Assembly: GCF_009914755.1 (NCBI RefSeq)
Contig: NC_060925.1
From: the human T2T-CHM13v2.0 reference genome, Homo sapiens
Length of the DNA stretch: 64,000 nucleotides
Strand: one strand, 5' to 3'
The stretch's first letter is position 1. Every line of letters begins with the position of its first letter. This document shows positions 57,372-64,000 of the stretch, one piece after another. The notes beneath the pieces are model-generated. The model made no database searches and had not been told where the DNA came from. It worked only from the letters and a program-made list of their open reading frames with translations. The position numbers were made by a program, and so were the translations under genes.

Positions 57372-57651
57372 TAGGCCAGGAGCTCAAATCTCTATTTTCA
57401 ATAGATTATAGAAAAAAAATTATCCCAATATTGATACTCAATACATTCAATTTCAGGAGTCTGGCATGGCCAGGAGGGAATGATGATAAATCTGCTAGAT
57501 TGTCAGCAGACAGGCTTTCATATATGAGAACAGCAGTCCACTTTAATGTCAGGGAATCCAGGTATATGATCTGGTCTTCAGTTCCTATCTGTTCAATAGG
57601 AACTAGACAGCAATATAGCGTCGAATTTCTCAGGGAAATTGGGAAGAGGGA
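57372..57651 (-). repeat. Inverted repeat arm B'
   Basis: taggccaggagctcaaatctcta...ctcagggaaattgggaagaggga is a diverged reverse complement of 55865-56143. Confidence 0.95.
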
Positions 57652-57859
57652 ACTAGGAAGAAACAACACAGACTGTATTATTCAGCTTTAAATCTTTGGT
57701 ATCTAAATTAATGTCATGAATTGAATGTGTTCAATAATGTCATGAATTTTATGCGTTCAATAAAGTTAGTGAATAAAATTAGACAAGTTTATTCTATTTA
57801 ATATCCATGCCATACAACCCAATTTCATCTTCTGCTGCTCATCAATGCTTTTATTAATC

Positions 57860-59225
57860 TCTAGTTGATTACTGAACATATTCCAAAGAACTGCTACTAC
57901 AAATGGCTCCTACTCTCTCTAAGTGCTCCTATTCAGCTCGTTTTAAATAGTCTTTCTTTCCATTACTCCAATGAAGCAATTCTGGTCAAGGTCAGTCAAT
58001 AACTTCTATATTCCCCAATTTAATGGTTTTTCCTCCACAATATTAGCTCTGTTGCAGACTCCACTTCAGACTGTATGCTGCTCCTCTTCAAACAAATCTC
58101 CCAATATTTGGTTTTATGCAAAGTTTTGGTCACAAGACACCTTCTCCTCTCTATTTGTATTATTGACTTCGTTAATCTCAGCCAGTGCCCTGGTTAATGC
58201 ATTTATAAACTAGTATCTATCAAACTTCTCTATCTAGTTCTTATTGTTCCCCTGAGCCCCAACCTTATATACGTAACTAGCAATTTGACATCACCACTCA
58301 GATTTTAACAGAAATATCAAAATAATCCAAACCCCAACATGACATTTAAATATCCTTTAAAGCTATCTCATCACCATCTCCTCCTTCCTATAACCGTTAT
58401 CCACCCAGTTTGTTTAAGCAAAACTCCTTGATTTCTCCCTTTGTATCATTTCTCAAGTTCAACCTCAAATATATTTCTCCAACTTTTCTACTTCTCTGCA
58501 ATGCCACTGCCTCCAACCAAGTTCAAACCACATTATTATATTTTGTCTGTAATTTCCTTCTAAATAATCTTCTTGTTTTTATTTTTCCCCCTTTAAAGCT
58601 GGTCTTCTACACAGCATCCTGATCAACTGTTTAAGGACATGATCATGTTACTTGGCTACTTCAACCTTTGAATGACTTTCGTTTACATTTAGAGGAAAAA
58701 TCCAAACTCTCTATTCAGACCTCTAAGGTCTTAAATGAGGTGGCCCATCCCTACTTCTCTGATCTCATATCAAAATCTTCTCTGCCTTCTCTCACTATCC
58801 TAAACTAGTATCACCCTTTTCCTTTAAACATACTCAACTAGTCCACCTATAAGCCTTTGCACTGGGTATTTTCTCTTCCTGTATATGTTTTTCATTGATT
58901 CTTTTTATGCCTTAGTCTCTAAATGTCTTAGCTAATCATCGCCTGTGAACCAGAATACATACTTTACTCAAGGGCTTGAACTTATACTCGAGGGCTTGAA
59001 CTTGTATTATTAGATGAACATCCATTACCAAATGAAATTATAGTTTTATTTGTTTGACTTTTAAAAAAGCCTCTATGCCAGCCATTATCAGCCTGAAGCT
59101 CCAATAGTATGAAAAGCTAATTGAACCAAGAATTTTATCTCTCTCTCTTATTGCTCTAAGTCTAGTATCTAAAAGAATAGTAACTGGCTCACAGTGAGAA
59201 CTCAATACTGTTTACCTTGTCAATG
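57860..59225 (+). mobile_element. L2 LINE remnant
   Basis: Pyrimidine-rich L2-like text (cttctctgcaatgccactgcc; gatcatgttacttggctacttcaacctttgaatgac; gcctttgcactgg). Confidence 0.6.
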
Positions 59226-59263
59226 ACTGAAAGAGTCCTTGTAATATTTTTGTACCTACCTAT

Positions 59264-59624
59264 TGATATGGTTTGGCTGTGTCCCCACCCAAATCTTATC
59301 CTGAATTGTAGCTCCCATAATCCCCATGTGTCATGGGAGATACCTGGTGGGAGGTTATTGAATCATGGGAGTGGGCTTTCCTGTGCTGTTCTTGTGATAG
59401 TGAATAAGTCTCACAAGATCTGATGGTTTCATAAAGGGCAGTTCCCCTACACACTCTCTTGCCTGCCACCACGTAAGACGTGCCTTTGCTCCTCCTTCAC
59501 CTTCTGCCATGATTGTGAGGTCTTCCCAGCCATGTGGAACTGTGAGTCCATTAAGCCTCTTTTTCTATATAAATTATCCAGTCTCAGGTATTTCTTCACA
59601 GCACTATGAAAATGGACTAATATA
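59264..59624 (+). mobile_element. MaLR solo LTR, THE1C-like
   Basis: tgatatggtttggctgtgtccccacccaaatc...ccagccatgtggaactgtgagtccatta...aaaatggactaata. Flanks cctat/tctat. Confidence 0.93.
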
Positions 59625-59732
59625 TCTATCTTCTTCAGTAGACAAAAAAACTACTTGTGAATAAGGACTAAGTACTATTTTTACAATGGCACCTGATATA
59701 TATTAGATATTCAAACAAGTTTCAAAACATCA

Positions 59733-60136
59733 ATGCCCAAGTGCTTGGGAGCCCACCCCTTGCATCAGTGTGCCCTAGATGTGGGACATGGAGTCAAAGG
59801 AGATTATTTTGGAGCTTTAAGATTTAATTACTGCCATACTAGGCTTTGAACTTGTATGGGGCTTGTTGCCCCTTTCTTTGGGCTGATTTCTCCCCCTTTG
59901 AATGTGGTATTTACTCAATGCCTATACTCCCATTGTGTCTTGGAAGTAACTAACTTGCTTTTAATTTTACAGGCTCATAGGTGGAAGGAACTTGCCTTGT
60001 CTCAGATGACACTTTGGACTTTGGACTTCTGAATTAATGCTGGAATGAGTTAAGACTTTGTGGGGGCCTATTGGGAAAGGATGATTGCATTTTGCAATGT
60101 GAGAAAAACATGAGATTTGGGGGGCCAGGGGTAGGA
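59733..60136 (+). mobile_element. MST-int (MaLR internal) 3' portion with polypurine tract
   Basis: ttgggagcccaccccttgcatcagtgtgccc...ttttacaggctcataggtggaagg...gagatttggggggccaggggtagga directly upstream of the LTR. Confidence 0.88.
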
Positions 60137-60554
60137 TGATATGGTTTGGATCTGTCTCCCCACTCAAATCTCATTTTCAATTGTCATCCCCAGTTTTGGA
60201 GTGAGGCCTGGTGGAAGGTGATTGCATCATGGGGATGGATCCCTCATGAATGGTTTAGCACCATCCTCTCGGTGCTGTCTCATGATAATGAGTTCTCATG
60301 AGATCTGGTTGTTTAAGAGTGTATGGCACCTCCATCCCCCACCCCTCCCATCTTGGTCCTGCTCCTGCCATTTAAGATGCTGGCTCTCGCTTCTCCTTCT
60401 GCTATGAGTAAAAGCTCGTGAGGCCTTCCCAGTAGCAGATGCTGTCATGCTTCCTATACAGCCTGCTGAACCGTGAGCCAACTAAACTTATTTTCTTTAT
60501 AAATTTACCAGTCTCAGGTATTTCTTTATAGCAGCATGAGAATAAACTAATACA
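60137..60554 (+). mobile_element. MaLR 3' LTR, MSTA-like
   Basis: tgatatggtttggatctgtctccccac...gaatggtttagcaccatcc...cagtctcaggtatttctttatagcag...aactaataca. Confidence 0.92.
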
Positions 60555-60805
60555 ATAAATAAATGCAATAATTATATAGTCATGGAAATCTTTGAAAAGG
60601 GAGAAATGTTTGGATTGTTTCTCAGAAAATTAGTAGAATTTCACCAAAAGAGGAAGTGGAAAAAGACGTTTCAGGAAGAAGAAATGGCAAATAAAAAAGG
60701 CCTGAGGATATGAAAGAACATGGCTTTGTGGGGATAATTAAGGCATTTAGAATGCCTGAGGAATTGCAATAAATACCTCATATTTCTTTTAACCAAGTCC
60801 TTATT

Positions 60806-61095
60806 TGTTATAGACTGTTTCTGTCCCCCCAAAATTTATAGTTTAAATTCTAATCACCATTGTGATGGTATTAGGAGGTGGAACTTTTGGGAAGTAATTA
60901 GGTCATGAGCGTTGGAGGCCTCATGAAATGAACTAGTGCCCCTACAAAAAAGACCCCAGAGAGGTGTGTCTGTGTTTCCCCTATGGAAGGATAACTGTTC
61001 TTGGAATTCAAACCTTCAGAACCATGACAAATTGTTGTTGCTTATAACCAACCCAGTCTATGATACTTTGTTATAACGACCTGAACTAAGATACA
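60806..61095 (+). mobile_element. MaLR LTR, MLT1A-like, internally deleted
   Basis: gtgatggtattaggaggtgg...aattaggtcatgag...cccagtctatgatactttgttata...aactaagata. Confidence 0.8.
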
Positions 61096-61149
61096 TTTTT
61101 TTCTCTTAAAATCTCTTTCTTATTTGTTGTTATATTGCCTGTCTTTTTA

Positions 61150-61815
61150 AAATTATCTTTATTTTAAATTGGCACATAATAGTTGTACACATGTATAGGG
61201 TAAAGAGTGATATCTTGATACATATAGATAATGTGTAAGGATCAAATCAGGCTAATTAGCATATTCATCACCTCATTTTTTTTTTTGTATTAGAAACATT
61301 TAAAATCCTCTCTTCTAGTGATTTTAAAAATATACAATGAATTAGTGTTAAGTACAGTCACCCTACAGTGCTACAGAACAGGGGTCCCCAACCCTCGGGC
61401 TGTGGACCAGTACTGCTTCATGGCTTGTGAGGAATCGGGCCATACAGCAGGTGATGAGTGACAGATGAGCGAGCATTATTGTCTGTGAGATCGGCAGTGA
61501 CATTAGATTCTCACAGGAGAACAAACCCTATTGTAAACTGCACGTGCAAGGGGATCGAGGTTGTGTGCTCCTTATAAGAATCTAATGCCTAACAGTTTCA
61601 TCCCAAAACCATCTCCCCAACCCCTACCCACCCTGCCGTAGAAAAATTGTCTTCCACAAAACCAGTCCCTGGTACCAAAAACGTTGGGGATGCTATTATA
61701 GAACACTAGAAGCTATTACTCTTATCTAGCTGCAATTTTGTAGCTGTTAACCAACTCTTCCCTATTGTTTCCTGCCCCCTACCCTTCCTACCCTCTAATA
61801 CCTACAATTCTTCTC
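61150..61815 (-). mobile_element. L1MA 3' UTR fragment split by MER1B
   Basis: atcaaatcaggctaattagcatattcatcacctca...cagtcaccctacagtgcta|MER1B|...gaacactagaagctattactcttatctagctg. Confidence 0.8.
61379..61695 (+). mobile_element. MER1B (hAT-Charlie) DNA transposon
   Basis: caggggtccccaaccc...ccagtccctggtaccaaaaacgttgggga. 8-bp TSD ctacagaa/ttatagaa (6/8). Confidence 0.92.
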
Positions 61816-61829
61816 TGTTTGGTAAGCAG

Positions 61830-62400
61830 GAGATCCCCAGCAGTCCTCATTCCCTCCACGGACACCTGCAATTCTACCTAAATGAGATGCCATTGCTAAT
61901 TTCACTGCTCAAGCGTATGGACTCATTATTGTCTACTCTAACTGACAAATGCACATTTTAAAATGTTTCGCAGCCTCTAGTCTGTTTCTGCTCCAATCTA
62001 CATAACTTGATGTTGCCAGATAGATAATCTGAACACAAAACTCTGATCAGGCACTTCCCTACCCTCAACTGAAAAATCTTCGATGATTCCCCATTGCTAA
62101 CTGAAAACATTTCCAACTCCCTTAATTGAATAAAAGCTCTTTAAAAGCTCTCGCCGAGCTGTTTTTCCAGACTTACCTCCCACTCTTCTTTTTCTTGTAC
62201 TCTATACTATAGCCAGAATGGAGTATTTGCATATCCTTGTGCATTTCTAGCTACATTATTTCCAAACTTGGTGATTCTACTATACTTTTCCCTGTGTACA
62301 ATGCCCTTTCCACTATCTCCACAATCAACACAACTTCCAAGTTTCATATGCCACATCAAGATGTGCCTGAACTTTCCAGGCAGAAATATCTCGCTTTTCA
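61830..62400 (+). mobile_element. L2 LINE remnant
   Basis: ctctgatcaggcacttcc...aaaatcttcgatgattccccattgc...tgtgtacaatgccctttcc is L2-like. Confidence 0.5.
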
Positions 62401-64000
62401 CTTAACTCTCCTAAATGGGCAAGTGGTTATTTCTAACTTACATTGTAATTTCAGAAAACCATTCTTAGGTTTTCTACTTTATGTGAGTCCCCTATCCTAT
62501 TGCCTGTAACTTCTTATTACTCACAATGCACTTTTTTCTCTTCTCATAATTACTTAATTAATATTTCATAATAAAAAGTAAATTATATAGGGATGTAAAT
62601 ATACGTGAATACCACTATTGCTAAGTCTAAAAAAAAGTAGTAACACCATACATAAATGTAAAAGTAGTAACACCATACATACAGACTTTGGTCAAAGATG
62701 CTGTGGGAGAGAAGGAATTAAAAGGAGGAGAAAGAAGAATTGGAACCTTTGTCCTCAAGCTCTTGCTATGTGCTATTACCACAATCACGGCTTTATCTAC
62801 TGTTTTCAGAAAAACTCAGTCAGGTATGAAAAATAAGACTCCAAGTGGCTACAGAACATAAAACAGGTGACTGCCATAGCCAAGAATTAGACCAATTGCC
62901 ACTTACCTTCAAAACTAGTTTTCTTGCCCAAAATACTGAAAAACTGACTGAGATTCCCTAGACAGTGGGGATTAACATATCTGAGGACCAGTTATTTCAA
63001 TATAATATTGTTAATAAAGCACAATCTTGACAAGCTGAGTCTCCAAAATTTCAGTACTCGGTGACTTCCATTTTAGTTAACAGACTTATTTTACATTTAA
63101 ACTACAATAAAATGAAAGCAGTGTTCAGGATTCAATGCAACATCCATTGACTATTGTACAAAACTTTTTTAACCTAAAAAATACAGTTGTATCTGAAAAC
63201 AACAGCAATGGTCCAGCAATTATATATTTTTTCAATAATAGATTTTATGTTTAGAGTAGACATTAGGTGTCCTGCACCCATCTAAGAAATACCTGAGTAT
63301 TATTCAACAAACATCTGTTATGCTTACAGCTTGAGAAATGACAGTTGATATTGAAAATATGTCAACTCTCTTAACATCATCAAGAGCAGAATTCTTAACC
63401 AGTGGATGTTATCAATAACATGGAATGCTTCTTCTTTGAGAATGAAAGTTATATGGTCAGCTTTGGCTGTTTCACTGTTGATGAAACTCTGGGCAGCCAA
63501 TGTGTCACTGAGGGGATGACAGTACTCTTAAGAAGGAAGTTACCAAAAGTGAACTGATTCCCCTTGTGACAAATACAGTGATGGAGCAGATGAGGTAAAC
63601 TTACAACTTTTATGGTTTCTCTGTTTCTATTTCAGGTGCTTAAGTGTCCGAGAAGCTGAAGCCCATGCTTGCCCTTGAATCTCTTCTGTGTTTTTCTCTG
63701 TTCCTCAGTGGTCTCTAAAATAAAACTAATCTCAGTGCTGGTTTTAGAAAACCTGATATTGAGGTTCAGCAGGGACTGCTAGATGGTTTCCTGTTCAACA
63801 TTTTCAATAAGGAATACATACATAGGGTAAAAGTTAAAAACAAAAATCAAAATTTTTCCAGTACATTAAGCTATGCTATGACAGGTGAAAGTTTCTCTCT
63901 ACCTCCAAAACCTCAGTCCCTTTTGCCTTAGACTGTTTCTCGTTAACTGTATTGAGGATTTGATGTTTTAGTGTTGTTCTACCTGCAGTTATCAACAATG

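Noticed and set aside
55850-57669. Paralogous small proteins encoded by the B and B' arms
   Set aside because: Non-ATG starts, a frameshift between the copies and many non-synonymous changes; the similarity is explained by the DNA inverted repeat.
58965-59003. 20-bp tandem duplication (tactcaagggcttgaactt twice), and the similar 22-bp repeat at 62633-62681
   Set aside because: Two-copy slippage duplications with no array or spacer structure; not CRISPR-like.

Overview
AT-rich primate (human-like) non-coding DNA made mostly of interspersed repeats. These include at least 9 Alus, a degenerate full-length ~6.1 kb L1PA (about L1PA5-6) at 16819-22935, several truncated L1s, long L2 remnants, MaLR/ERVL/ERV1 LTRs and DNA-transposon relics (MER82/Tigger-like, MER44A, MER6A, MER20, MER45A, MER1B). 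I find no host protein-coding gene, RNA gene or CRISPR array, and the only recognisable ORFs are L1 ORF1/ORF2/ORF0 remnants. The structure the repeat annotation does not explain is at 54972-57651: two long inverted-repeat pairs interleaved as A-B-A'-B'. A/A' is 210 bp with 7 mismatches and no indels; B/B' is about 280 bp and roughly 80% identical by eye; apparent templated-insertion scars lie at the junctions. Smaller template-switch footprints also occur (an inverted linker inside an AluJ, a duplication-palindrome inside an MLT1 LTR, a 20-bp templated insert in a MIR). Subfamily names come from my recall of consensus sequences, not from a database search.
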